A DNA stretch of 64,000 nucleotides from Bdellovibrionota bacterium (GCA_963668355.1 OY764265.1:2848001-2912000), one strand, 5' to 3'. Counted from the first letter of the stretch, positions 1 to 11,324 are shown. Notes: a model not told the origin generated them from the letters alone. A program made the numbers and translations.

Positions 1-514
1 CCTCGCTGCTTTGAGTTAGCCATTCTGTTCCTTGGTTTTGAAGAATGGTTCCTGAATCCCCAACCGCATAAAGAAACGTTGAGTTCGTTCGATAGATGCC
101 ATACAAATCTTCGGTCACACCGCTTTCCATGGAACTCAATGTTGAACCGTCATAAGTGACAATTCCACCTCCCGCACCCACGAACCAAGCCGAATTTGTG
201 CTTTCCGTTTGATTACATGCAACACCGTTAACGTCCACCGGCGTTCCCTCCAGAACAGAAAAGGAGGTCAAATTCGAGGAGGTCAAAAGTTTTCCCCCAT
301 TGCTTCCAAAAAAATACGTTCCCGAAAGCGTGCGACACAAGGAAGACAGAGGGTTTTCTTGAAAGGAAGAAGCGGTTTCCCCCGTGTCTCCGGGAGGGCT
401 TCCAGCTCCCGAACCAAAAGTGCCGCTTCCACTCCCCGTGCTACCGGATCCACCGGAAGGACATCCCGACAAGGTAAAGACCAAACCCAATACAAGAAAA
501 GCACGAATGATCAT
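1..514 (-). CDS. Lipoprotein with Ycf48/BNR-like beta-propeller repeats; runs off the window edge
   Basis: Not in the ORF track. Manual translation from ATG 514 is open to position 1: MIIRAFLVLGLVFTLSGC (lipobox), G/S-rich linker, then repeats WFVGAGGGIV and YAVGDSGTIL. Confidence 0.7.
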   Translation of the reverse strand, partial: MIIRAFLVLGLVFTLSGCPSGGSGSTGSGSGTFGSGAGSPPGDTGETASSFQENPLSSLCRTLSGTYFFGSNGGKLLTSSNLTSFSVLEGTPVDVNGVACNQTESTNSAWFVGAGGGIVTYDGSTLSSMESGVTEDLYGIYRTNSTFLYAVGDSGTILQNQGTEWLTQSSE

Positions 515-527
515 GCGCCTGAGACTA

Positions 528-1265
528 TCAGCTCCACAAATCCCACGCCACCTTCCCAATCATCAACCATGTGATCAAAATGAATACCGGACGAATCGCC
601 TTGGCTCCTCCCTTTAGAGCAAACTGGGCGCCTACAACTCCCCCCAAAAAAGCGGCCATCGCCCCCGGTAGAGCCAAACGAAAATCAACATAGCCTTTGG
701 ACGCAAACAAAAAAATGGCTCCGATATTGGTCCCAAGGTTAATCAAGCGCGAATTGGCCGAGGCTTTTAACAGGTGAGCCCCTCCAATCAGAACAAACGA
801 CATCATTAAAAAGGTTCCAGTGCCCGGACCAAAAAAACCGTCATAAAATCCCAAACCGCCGGATAACAGACTGATCCATAGAATTGCATGCTTCTTGGCT
901 TCTTGGGTCGTTAGACCAAAACGCCTTTTCAAGGCCACGTAGAGTGCCACCAGAATTAATCCAAACAGAATGACCGGACGAAGGACCTCCGGACTGGTTT
1001 GCGTGGCTACCCAGGCCCCCAAAACCGAACACAACCCAGCAAATAGGGCCATCGGAAAAACCCTTCTCCATTCGATGGTCCCCGAAACCCAATAGCGAAA
1101 TGAGCTGGCAATGGCGGTCGAAATCCCGATGGCTTTATTGGTCCCCAAGGCAAGTTTGGGGGGAAGTCCCAGAGCCATCAAGGCTGGTAAGGAAATCAAT
1201 CCCCCTCCACCTGCCACGGCGTCAATGAACCCAGCAACAAATCCTGCAATTATTAAAAAGATCAC
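528..1265 (-). CDS. TSUP (TauE/SafE, YfcA-like) transporter
   Basis: AGFIDAVAGGGGLISLP, ALGTNK and GFYDGFFGPGTGTF motifs; multiple TM helices. Confidence 0.93.
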   Translation of the reverse strand: MIFLIIAGFVAGFIDAVAGGGGLISLPALMALGLPPKLALGTNKAIGISTAIASSFRYWVSGTIEWRRVFPMALFAGLCSVLGAWVATQTSPEVLRPVILFGLILVALYVALKRRFGLTTQEAKKHAILWISLLSGGLGFYDGFFGPGTGTFLMMSFVLIGGAHLLKASANSRLINLGTNIGAIFLFASKGYVDFRLALPGAMAAFLGGVVGAQFALKGGAKAIRPVFILITWLMIGKVAWDLWS

Positions 1266-1289
1266 TATAATGCGCCCTGGAGGTTGCTC

Positions 1290-2264
1290 ATGATGAAAAC
1301 AATTGGAACTTTGCTATCCCTATTCATGGTTTTGACGCTTACCTACAGTTGCCAAACCAAAAGTCAAAAAAAAGCCAGCCATGGTTCGGTGTTGGCGACG
1401 GTGAACCAAGAAGAAATTCACGAAAAAGAATTAAAAAGACAGTCCATGATCAAGGCGCATTCCTTGAAAGACATTTCCGATGAAACGGAAAAGAAAAAGG
1501 TACTTTTAAACGACTTGATTGATGACGAAGTACTATTCCAAGAAGCCATCAAAGAAGATTTTCATCGAAAAGAAAGCATAAAAAGGCAAATCGTTCGTCA
1601 TTTTCTCAATGAAAAGATGAGAACCAAATTCAAACCTAGTGACGAAGAACTTCAAAAATATTATGAAGCACATAAAGACGAACTCCAACGAATTCGTGCC
1701 TCCCATATTTTAATCAAGCCAGAAAAGAAAAACGACCCGGAATCAGAAGCCAAGGCTTTGGACAAAATTGAAGCCATTCAAAAGAAAATCAAAGCCGGAG
1801 AGGACTTTGCCGAACTCGCCAAAACCTACTCTCAGGATCCTGGATCGGCGCGACGTGGCGGCGACTTGCGGTTCTTTAACAAACGAATGATGGTCAAACC
1901 CTTCTCAGATGCGGCTTTTGCACTTAAGAATGTGGGTGATGTGAGCGACATCGTAAAAACAGATTTTGGATATCACATCATCAAACTCACCGGACGCCAA
2001 GAAGGTATCGATTCCATTAAGCATGTCATCAAAGCCAGTTTAATGAAGGAAAAACGGGAAGAAGCCCGAAAGGAAATCATTTCATCCCTGAGGGGAAAGG
2101 CCAGCGTCCATATTTACGATTCCAATTTGGAAAAAGTAACCCTTGAGCCCAAGAAGCCGCCCCAAAAACATGGGCAAGCGAAAAAATTGGATAAAAAAAA
2201 GCTAAAAGAACTCATGAAGCGCATGAGTCCCAAAAAAGCTATGAAGGAACAATCGAAGAAATAA
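1290..2264 (+). CDS. PrsA/PpiC-type (parvulin) peptidyl-prolyl isomerase lipoprotein
   Basis: IRASHILIK, FAELAKTYSQDPGS, GGDL, SDIVKTDFGYHIIK; lipobox-like TYSC; TATAAT and GGAGG upstream of ATG 1290. Confidence 0.9.
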   Translation: MMKTIGTLLSLFMVLTLTYSCQTKSQKKASHGSVLATVNQEEIHEKELKRQSMIKAHSLKDISDETEKKKVLLNDLIDDEVLFQEAIKEDFHRKESIKRQIVRHFLNEKMRTKFKPSDEELQKYYEAHKDELQRIRASHILIKPEKKNDPESEAKALDKIEAIQKKIKAGEDFAELAKTYSQDPGSARRGGDLRFFNKRMMVKPFSDAAFALKNVGDVSDIVKTDFGYHIIKLTGRQEGIDSIKHVIKASLMKEKREEARKEIISSLRGKASVHIYDSNLEKVTLEPKKPPQKHGQAKKLDKKKLKELMKRMSPKKAMKEQSKK

Positions 2265-2919
2265 GACGGTCATCATTGACTGAGCTGTCGTTCACCCGTT
2301 TGGAAACATATTCAAATGAGATGGGCATTTTGGTTGGCCTTTGAACCAACTGATGCAATTCTCTGAGATCGCTCACATGACGATGAGGGGTGATCCATCT
2401 GCGGGCTTCGTTTAAACTCAACATCACTGGCATCCGGTGATGAATGGGTCTTACGGCTTCGTCAGCTTGGGTGGTTAAAATGGTAAATCTTCGGATATGA
2501 GGGTCTTCAGGATCTCTCTCAAACAACCCCGCAAATAAAAATGCCTCTCTCTGAGGGAGATGAAACCAAACCGGTTGTTTACGACCTTTCGGCCCCGCCC
2601 ACTCATAAAAACCATCTACAGGAACCAGACAACGTCCTTCACGAAAGGCTTTTCGAAATGTGGGTTTCTCCATGGCGGTTTCAGCCCTAGCGTTGATGAA
2701 AAATTTTTCGGCATTCTCAGACCAAGAAGGAACCAGCCCCCAAATGGCGGGTTCCAGACGGTTCTGTTCTTCTTCTTGAAAAATGATCCAATGCGCATCC
2801 GTCGGAGCCACATTGTATTGAGGGGAAAATGAATTTTGGAACTCCGGAGAAAGAAGAAGAGAAAGTTCAACGGGAATTCCGCCCAGTTCTCGCTGCGTTA
2901 GCGTAAAACGTCCACACAT
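2239..2919 (-). CDS. SOS response-associated peptidase (SRAP/YedK/HMCES, abasic-site protection)
   Basis: N-terminal MCGRF, YNVAPT, INARAET, GFYEW, IHHRMPV. Confidence 0.95.
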   Translation of the reverse strand: MCGRFTLTQRELGGIPVELSLLLSPEFQNSFSPQYNVAPTDAHWIIFQEEEQNRLEPAIWGLVPSWSENAEKFFINARAETAMEKPTFRKAFREGRCLVPVDGFYEWAGPKGRKQPVWFHLPQREAFLFAGLFERDPEDPHIRRFTILTTQADEAVRPIHHRMPVMLSLNEARRWITPHRHVSDLRELHQLVQRPTKMPISFEYVSKRVNDSSVNDDRLISSIVPS

Positions 2920-2928
2920 AGAATTCGA

Positions 2929-3726
2929 CTACTTCAACCCTACCACATAAGCAATCCAAGCTTCGCAATTCTCTTCTTTTTGAACGAGGTTATATTCGCC
3001 ATTTCCGCCACCTTCGCCGTCATCCCCTTCCCAATACACAAAAGTCTTTTTAAACCCCGCTTCTTTCATGCATTCGCGAATTTCGGGAATGGTCCACATG
3101 CGCCAATCGTATCGAAAGGCACGACGTTTCATTGAGCCATCGGGAAATTTAAAATGGATGAAAAACGTGGCTTCGTGGCTGATGGGGTCAAAGGACTTCT
3201 GCTCCCAGACATACGTATACTCTAGACCATTCTCCATTTCTTGGTCTCGGGTTTCTTTGTTGGGCTGAACCGTTTCAAATCCACCTTGAATGTCACAAAT
3301 CATCACGCCATCGGAGGTCAAAGACTCATAGGCATTTCGAACATATGTGAGAAGGTCCTTTCGAGTCTTCCAAATGAACCATGAAAAATTAGAAGCTCCT
3401 AGGATCTGGACTTTTGGGTCGCGCACATCCAATACCGATTTTTTTAGAATATGAAGTCTTTCCTGCTCATCTTTGTTGAGCTTGGGAAAATGATTCTTAA
3501 AACCAAAATCTAAGGGAACGGGATCAATATCCAATCCCCAAGCCTGGTTCTTCTTATGTCTACGAACCCATTCCGTGCTCAGAATGAACGTTCCGCAAAA
3601 ATCTTCTCGAAAGGTGTGTGCTTTTTTGCCGCGATGTTCTTTAAAAATCCGATCAAACAGCTCCGCTTCGGACTCGGGATCTTGGACAGAATCTTCATAA
3701 AGAACATATTTATTTGGCTTTTTCAT
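2929..3726 (-). CDS. Class I SAM-dependent methyltransferase
   Basis: LYEDSVQDP, REDFCGT, GLDID, YDWRMWTIPE; start moved to ATG 3726. Confidence 0.8.
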   Translation of the reverse strand: MKKPNKYVLYEDSVQDPESEAELFDRIFKEHRGKKAHTFREDFCGTFILSTEWVRRHKKNQAWGLDIDPVPLDFGFKNHFPKLNKDEQERLHILKKSVLDVRDPKVQILGASNFSWFIWKTRKDLLTYVRNAYESLTSDGVMICDIQGGFETVQPNKETRDQEMENGLEYTYVWEQKSFDPISHEATFFIHFKFPDGSMKRRAFRYDWRMWTIPEIRECMKEAGFKKTFVYWEGDDGEGGGNGEYNLVQKEENCEAWIAYVVGLK

Positions 3727-3844
3727 CTTCGACTTTTTCCCCACAGCAATTCTCGCAAACGCGCGGCAGAATAACATGAAGATTCACAAAGCCTAAATTT
3801 CAGCCCCATTTTGGATTTCAAAACCAAGAAAAATGGGACGCAAA

Positions 3845-3906
3845 AAAAGGCCCTTTTCTTTCTGGGGACACGTAACAAGTACATGTCCCCGTGAAAAGGG
3901 CCTTTT
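3845..3906 (-). terminator. Long-stem intrinsic terminator after groEL
   Basis: Arms AAAAGGCCCTTTTC (3845-3858) and GAAAAGGGCCTTTT (3893-3906), inner GGGGACA/TGTCCCC stem, U-tract on the minus strand. Confidence 0.8.
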
Positions 3907-3942
3907 AAGCTTTGAGCCGTTAGGCTGTTGAAAGCAATGAGC

Positions 3943-5906
<1,964 letters not shown>

Positions 5907-5922
5907 GGTTCTTCCTTTCTTA

Positions 5923-6198
5923 CTAGTTGTTACTCTTTTCACCCTTGCCCGCGGCACAGGATGAAGAATCTTTGCAAGACGATGCGGAGGAACAGGTTCC
6001 GGATTTGTTGGCCGATCCATTGCTGCTATATCCGTCCTTGTACCAGCCGCCCCCTTTTAAAAGAAATGCAGATCGGGAAATCAGCTTCTTCACTTTCCCC
6101 CCACACACCTGACATTTCTCTACGGGCTGATCTGAAACCTTTTGGTGGACCTCAAAATGATGTCCACTCTTTAAACACTCATATTCGTAAATTGGCAT
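5923..6198 (-). CDS. FmdB-family zinc-ribbon protein
   Basis: [40 protein letters not shown]. Confidence 0.9.
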   Translation of the reverse strand: MPIYEYECLKSGHHFEVHQKVSDQPVEKCQVCGGKVKKLISRSAFLLKGGGWYKDGYSSNGSANKSGTCSSASSCKDSSSCAAGKGEKSNN

Positions 6199-6233
6199 CT
6201 TCTTCTTATATTTCAGTCAGTTAATGTTCTGGA

Positions 6234-6260
6234 TTAGCACTCTATATCCTAGACTGCTAA
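6234..6260. promoter_or_regulatory. CIRCE element (HrcA operator)
   Basis: TTAGCACTC-tatatccta-GACTGCTAA: one mismatch to TTAGCACTC-N9-GAGTGCTAA, upstream of fmdB-like/groES/groEL. Confidence 0.93.
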
Positions 6261-6273
6261 CCATTTCGCGGGT

Positions 6274-6301
6274 ACTTTAGACACGAGTCAATGCTTGTCA
6301 A
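6274..6301 (-). promoter_or_regulatory. Putative sigma-70 promoter of the groE operon
   Basis: TTGACA-16 nt-TAAAGT just upstream of CIRCE. Confidence 0.5.
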
Positions 6302-6965
6302 GGGACCGAAAGAAAAAATTGGAATTCACCTGATGGCCAAGGCCCCCGTTCAGGGATGGTGCAACACAAGGCTCGCCGAGTCCATCGGCCCCGAAAAAGC
6401 CGCCAAACTTCAAGAGGCCTTACTGATGGACGTCTTGGAAAAAATACAAGCGACTGAAATCATTGCCAATTTGTGGATAGGCACCCCCTCTTCTTCGCCC
6501 AAGATTCAAACCTACCCCATCCGTCGTGTCACCTACTTGGTCGGAAAAACATTGGGCGGAGCTATGACCCGAGCCTTCAATGCAAGCCGAAAGCGAGGAT
6601 GGACAAGGGCTCTTTTTGTCGGGACCGATTCCCCTGTAGCCTTGGATGCTCACCTGGCGGCTGCGCTGAATGAGCTGCAAGAAAAGGATATGGTTTTGGG
6701 GCCCACCGGAGATGGAGGCGTGTATTTGATAGGTCTGAAACAGTCTTTTCGAGATCCCTTTTCCAACATTGAGTGGGGAGGAACTGAAGTTTTTTCTCAG
6801 CTCCAGCAAATGGGAAAAGACAAAGGCGTGTCCATGTCGATTCTCCCTCGAGAGGACGACGTCGACACGATGGGGGACTTAAAAGTCCTGTTCGAAGAAC
6901 TCAAGAAGAATCCTGAAATCGCCATGAGAACCTTCCAACTCTTACACGCCTGGAAACTTTTTTGA
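6291..6965 (+). CDS. TIGR04282/DUF2064-type (CofC-like) transferase
   Basis: MAKAPVQGWCNTRLA, VGTDSP, LGPTGDGGVYLIG, IEWGG, DVDTMGDL. Confidence 0.85.
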   Translation: MLVKGPKEKIGIHLMAKAPVQGWCNTRLAESIGPEKAAKLQEALLMDVLEKIQATEIIANLWIGTPSSSPKIQTYPIRRVTYLVGKTLGGAMTRAFNASRKRGWTRALFVGTDSPVALDAHLAAALNELQEKDMVLGPTGDGGVYLIGLKQSFRDPFSNIEWGGTEVFSQLQQMGKDKGVSMSILPREDDVDTMGDLKVLFEELKKNPEIAMRTFQLLHAWKLF

Positions 6966-7630
6966 TTTCTGTGATCGTACCGGTTCGAAATGAACCTTTG
7001 CTACGCACATTTCTCGATTCCATCCGCGTTCAACTTCCGTTGGCTGAAATCATTGTGGTCGACACGTCCCAAACATCGCTTCTTCAAAACCGATCCATGG
7101 GAAATTTCAGATATATCCATCAACCGGGACTCAAAACGCGTGCCAAAGCCTTGAACGCTGGTGCAAAGGAGGCATCCAAACCTTATTTCTTATTTCTCCA
7201 TGCCGACTGCATGCTTTCCAATGCATCCCTTTCGGAAATCCAAAACGTTATGGAGGAGGGGATCAAGGTCTCTGCATTTTTGAAAGAGTATTTCCCCTCT
7301 TCTTGGCTCCTAAAACAGCAAAGTGCCTATTTGAATCGGAAAGTCCTCCAACAGGGGCGTTATCTTAACGGAACCAATGGTTTGCTCATCTCAAGGGAAT
7401 GTTTTTTTGATTTCAAGGGCTTTCCGGAGGTTTCCTTTATGGAAGATGTGCGAATGTTCGACCATATTCGCCGAAATCTTTCGATTCACATCATTCAAGC
7501 ACCGCTTTTGGTTTCTTCACGGAAGTACGTGTCCTCTTCCGCCCTCTTTCACATGATTCGAAACTTCTTCATATATCATCTCTACCGACTCAAGGTTCCC
7601 CCCTCTCTTCTTCGACACCTTTATCCTTAG
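6962..7630 (+). CDS. TIGR04283-type GT2 glycosyltransferase
   Basis: ISVIVPVRNE, RAKALNAGA, FLHADC, GFPEVSFMED, SSRKY; 4-nt overlap with the upstream partner. Confidence 0.85.
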   Translation: MISVIVPVRNEPLLRTFLDSIRVQLPLAEIIVVDTSQTSLLQNRSMGNFRYIHQPGLKTRAKALNAGAKEASKPYFLFLHADCMLSNASLSEIQNVMEEGIKVSAFLKEYFPSSWLLKQQSAYLNRKVLQQGRYLNGTNGLLISRECFFDFKGFPEVSFMEDVRMFDHIRRNLSIHIIQAPLLVSSRKYVSSSALFHMIRNFFIYHLYRLKVPPSLLRHLYP

Positions 7631-7636
7631 GACGTT

Positions 7637-10624
7637 TTACAAGCCTTGAGGCTTTGGCAAAAGCACCTGATTCACTTCAGGAAGGGGTTCCAAGATAGTC
7701 GTCGTGGGAGAATCCATGTGTTGAATCATCCCATCCAGAAAAGCCTTTTCCAACCGATTCGTGGTGAGCTGTGCGTCCTCCAAAGCACTTGCAGCTTTCT
7801 TCAACACAGATAGTTCTCTCTCTTGCGTTGCGATCAATCTCTCCAATTCATCCGCCTTGGACACATAGTTCTTTCCTAAAGAATGGCCTTCCATCTTCTC
7901 TCCAGCTCTGCGCAAGGCCTGAACTCGCAACTTCCGGAGAGCCAGTCGATTCACAACCTTTGATATCGGCGTTCCGGGACTCATGCGCAGAACCTCATAG
8001 GCACGCATAACCCCTGGCTCGGTCGTAGGAATCTTTATCTTGGAAAGAATCCCTTCTTGGCCCGTAAACAATTCTTCCAAAAAGCGCAGGGCTCGAAAAC
8101 CCTCTTCCATTCTGAGATGAGCTCGAATCCCCAAGGCAGGGTTCCTTACGAATTTGTCGGGACTGTACTTTCTCACAAGTTCCCGATGCGCCTCTCTCAA
8201 ATGCTTCAAAGTCAAACGACTCGGACGTTCTTTAGTTAACCCCAGAACTTCTATGGCTTTTCGAAGGTCCCGGACTCTCCGATAGCCTTCCCGCACACTT
8301 TTCAACGTATCGTAGGCCCGTTTGGCAATCCCTGGAAGAATCGGGGCCACCCACATCACTTGATTGGAAATGGCTATCCAGCTCCTGGCAGCTCGAAGGC
8401 CTCTATACTTTTCGGGATTGTCTCGATTTCCCGGAGACCTGGCGTGGGCCAAATGGACCAGAGGGCTTCCAATATGCCATGCAAAGAACCCGACAAAAAT
8501 CCCCTCCACTCCGCTAAGCAAAATTTTAAACACCAACGGATTCAATAAGATTTTTCCGACGATGGCCGCTCCTCCAAACACGATGGCCACACCAGCGAAG
8601 ATGGGAATTTGCCCCGGATGATCTTCCAAATGCCACAGGAAACGAAACGGTGTATAAACCAAATCTCTCAGAGCCAGATCGGTTTCCAATCGATCCAAGT
8701 GGTAATCCACATTACTCACAATTCGATTGGGGAAATTGGGAAGGTTCAGAGCCTCCATGTTTCCTTCCGCCTCAGCTCGGCTTAAGGCCTCTTCTTCAGC
8801 CCAAGTCTGGGGATCTCGAACGAGCTCTTTTTCCAAGTCAGGAAGCGGATAAAGTGATTCAAGATTGATGAGGTCCTGAGCAAATCCCTCCTTGTAGAAA
8901 CTTGATTCATGTTCATGACGCAATTGTCGAACTCCTGATGCCGTGGAATACAAAACGCCATAGTGAGAAAGAAATTCCTTTACCAACCCTCCAAGCCACC
9001 GGTCCGATGAGCAGATTTCTCCCAATTCTTCGCACTGATTCTGCAGCTTGAACATTTGCTCAACGCTCCACTCCTTTAGAATGTCCAAATGGCCATTCGA
9101 GAAAAAGCGCATATTTGAACTCAACACCTCAATTCCTTTTCGTTGAGGAAAGAAGAAACGATTTATTTTTTTTCGTTTATCCTCTTGGACCGAGGACATC
9201 TCCGGGAAAGCAATCGGTTGAGACACATCCCCCTCCAACAAATGAAGAACCCAATCGGGAAGATGCTTCAAATCCAACTCAATGATTCGAACCAAAACAG
9301 GCAAGACATAAGGATGCTCAAGATCCATCAGTGCATCGAAAACCTTTTCGTAAAATTCGCTCTCGTAGAGGATTCGCATGCCGCGTTCTTTCCTCAAAAA
9401 TTTGGAGGGTGGAGGCGCCCCATCCACACAATCTTCTCTCATATTACACGGAAGAATTTGGGGGAAATCTTTCAAGGCTTTTTCCACAAAGGGGCTCCAG
9501 AGATCTTTTTCAATGAGTTTGTGTCCGGCAAAGATCCTTCTTCTCAACTCCCGCTCCATGCGAGCATGCCAAATTCCCATGATCTTAGGATCTTCATTGA
9601 GGGGAACCTGGTCAGTAGAGATGCGCATCGCAAAATCGGCGATGACCTGATTTCCAATATTGGCATCACCATATCCGAGCGTAATCTCCAACGTGGTCAT
9701 TTCTTCTTTGAGTAGTTCCAGAAAAACCTGTTGATCTCCCTGGGTCTGAACAAATCCAGGAAACGTTCTTTCCTTGAACGTTCTTCTAAGAAATTGGAGC
9801 CACTCAAACTTCTGGCGAAAAGATTGAAGCGCGAATTCTGGGATCACATTCCAGCGCTCTTCGACCTTTGGTTCCACAAGCTGACGAACCTGCGAAAAGA
9901 GCGGATTCAATTTTTCGACTTCCTCAACAATCATTTCCAGCTCTTCCAAATTTCTCGCGATGGAAAGAGGCGTCAGCTCAAGGGACTCTTTAAATACATT
10001 CATGGCCAGTACACAAACCCGAGAACGCAGAGGGGATGGAATTGACCACATCACTCCTGGCTCCGGAGACAATTCCATTTTTCGAGCCTCATACTCCAAG
10101 GAACGATTGGCGATGAAGTCGAAACCGCCTCTCCCCAATCGTTTCATAAGGTAGTAATTGAGATAGAACACGCCAATTGGTTCAAAACTCGTACTTTCCA
10201 GATCCTCTTGACTAAATTTTTCGATCGATTTGGGAAATTCACCTTCAGGCGTGGGTTCATGTTTCGTAAAGTAGCCATGAGATTTTTCCATGACTTGGTT
10301 ACGAACATGAAAATAAATGAACCTTGCTTTTTGCCGTGCGATCTCCCGTTTTGAAAGTTTCAGAGGTTGCCCAAGACGTAAACGAACTTCCTCAGCCGAA
10401 AATTCGGAAGCCCCTCGATCAAAGTTGAATTGAGCATAGGATCCTTGAAAACCTGAAAGTCGAACCAAGTCCAACATCTGAGCGACCGCCTTCGGTCCAT
10501 CCAACACACAGGCCCGATGGATGTCCACGGGGCTCGAAATGGCTGTAACCGGATAAAATCCAAGAAGGCCCCAAAGAACCCCAGAAATCGCCCACCCCGA
10601 CTTAAATTTCCCCAAAAGCTTCAC
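7637..10624 (-). CDS. Large exported or membrane hypothetical protein with C-terminal degenerate J-like domain(s)
   Basis: 995-aa ORF; signal-like N-terminus; hydrophobic stretch IPIFAGVAIVFGGAAIVG...GFFAWHIG; AIEVLGL...LREAHRELVRKYSPDK. Confidence 0.7.
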   Translation of the reverse strand: MKLLGKFKSGWAISGVLWGLLGFYPVTAISSPVDIHRACVLDGPKAVAQMLDLVRLSGFQGSYAQFNFDRGASEFSAEEVRLRLGQPLKLSKREIARQKARFIYFHVRNQVMEKSHGYFTKHEPTPEGEFPKSIEKFSQEDLESTSFEPIGVFYLNYYLMKRLGRGGFDFIANRSLEYEARKMELSPEPGVMWSIPSPLRSRVCVLAMNVFKESLELTPLSIARNLEELEMIVEEVEKLNPLFSQVRQLVEPKVEERWNVIPEFALQSFRQKFEWLQFLRRTFKERTFPGFVQTQGDQQVFLELLKEEMTTLEITLGYGDANIGNQVIADFAMRISTDQVPLNEDPKIMGIWHARMERELRRRIFAGHKLIEKDLWSPFVEKALKDFPQILPCNMREDCVDGAPPPSKFLRKERGMRILYESEFYEKVFDALMDLEHPYVLPVLVRIIELDLKHLPDWVLHLLEGDVSQPIAFPEMSSVQEDKRKKINRFFFPQRKGIEVLSSNMRFFSNGHLDILKEWSVEQMFKLQNQCEELGEICSSDRWLGGLVKEFLSHYGVLYSTASGVRQLRHEHESSFYKEGFAQDLINLESLYPLPDLEKELVRDPQTWAEEEALSRAEAEGNMEALNLPNFPNRIVSNVDYHLDRLETDLALRDLVYTPFRFLWHLEDHPGQIPIFAGVAIVFGGAAIVGKILLNPLVFKILLSGVEGIFVGFFAWHIGSPLVHLAHARSPGNRDNPEKYRGLRAARSWIAISNQVMWVAPILPGIAKRAYDTLKSVREGYRRVRDLRKAIEVLGLTKERPSRLTLKHLREAHRELVRKYSPDKFVRNPALGIRAHLRMEEGFRALRFLEELFTGQEGILSKIKIPTTEPGVMRAYEVLRMSPGTPISKVVNRLALRKLRVQALRRAGEKMEGHSLGKNYVSKADELERLIATQERELSVLKKAASALEDAQLTTNRLEKAFLDGMIQHMDSPTTTILEPLPEVNQVLLPKPQGL

Positions 10625-10636
10625 GGACGAGAATTT

Positions 10637-10652
10637 TGCAAAGAAAATGCCA
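10637..10652 (-). promoter_or_regulatory. Sigma-54 -24/-12 promoter with upstream IHF-like box (10677-10689)
   Basis: TGGCATTTTCTTTGCA (GG-N10-GC); AAACAATGGGTTG resembles WATCAANNNNTTR. Confidence 0.65.
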
Positions 10653-10797
10653 TAGAAGGTAAGAAGGAAAGAAACTCAACCCATTGTTTTTATTTATTTT
10701 TTCTATTTCAAATGAAGATTCTCGCAGAATCCCCCGAAGCGGTATTCTTTTCTGAGACACGAAATCCCCGTTTCAGGTCTTCCACAGAAAAGTCCGG

Positions 10798-11226
10798 CTA
10801 CTTTTGAAATCTTCGTTTGAAATCTTCTGGAATGGGCTGAAGACGCCGAGCCTCATAATCAAAAAAGGCCATCCCCGTTTTCGCCTGGGATAGTATTTTC
10901 CCCGTGGTGAGATTGGTCGCATGATAGAAAAGATCGAAACGGGTTCGAGAAAGATCGCCCACGGCAATTTCGATTTTTATTCGATCTCCTTGAAACCCTT
11001 CGGATTTATACACAACCACGGAGTCGGTCATGATGAGTCCCAGACCAAAAACATCCCCTTCGTTCTTTCCCCCGAGGCTTTTCAGGAAAGTCACGCGAGC
11101 CTCTTGAAGCAACGACAAAAGGGAGTCGTTTCCCAAATGCCCCCCATAATTTAAATCTCCTACTCGGATGGAAAGCTCTGTGGAGAAGGGGAACGTTGAA
11201 GGCATTTCTAAAAAGGTCCGATTCAT
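10798..11226 (-). CDS. Hot-dog-fold acyl-CoA thioesterase family protein
   Basis: IRVGDLNYGGHLGND, QEARV, YKSEGFQGD, AKTGMAFFDY; start uncertain. Confidence 0.88.
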   Translation of the reverse strand: MNRTFLEMPSTFPFSTELSIRVGDLNYGGHLGNDSLLSLLQEARVTFLKSLGGKNEGDVFGLGLIMTDSVVVYKSEGFQGDRIKIEIAVGDLSRTRFDLFYHATNLTTGKILSQAKTGMAFFDYEARRLQPIPEDFKRRFQK

Positions 11227-11324
11227 GAGCCCTACGTACACCAAACCACAAGGCCTTCACAATGTTGTTCTACTACCTTGGTGCGACGCGTTGAGTGTGC
11301 TATAACGCTGCTGTTTAAACGAAA

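Noticed and set aside
209..617. ORF-track entries 209..574, 283..504 and 384..617
   Set aside because: They are shadows of the edge-truncated lipoprotein gene at 1..514 on the minus strand
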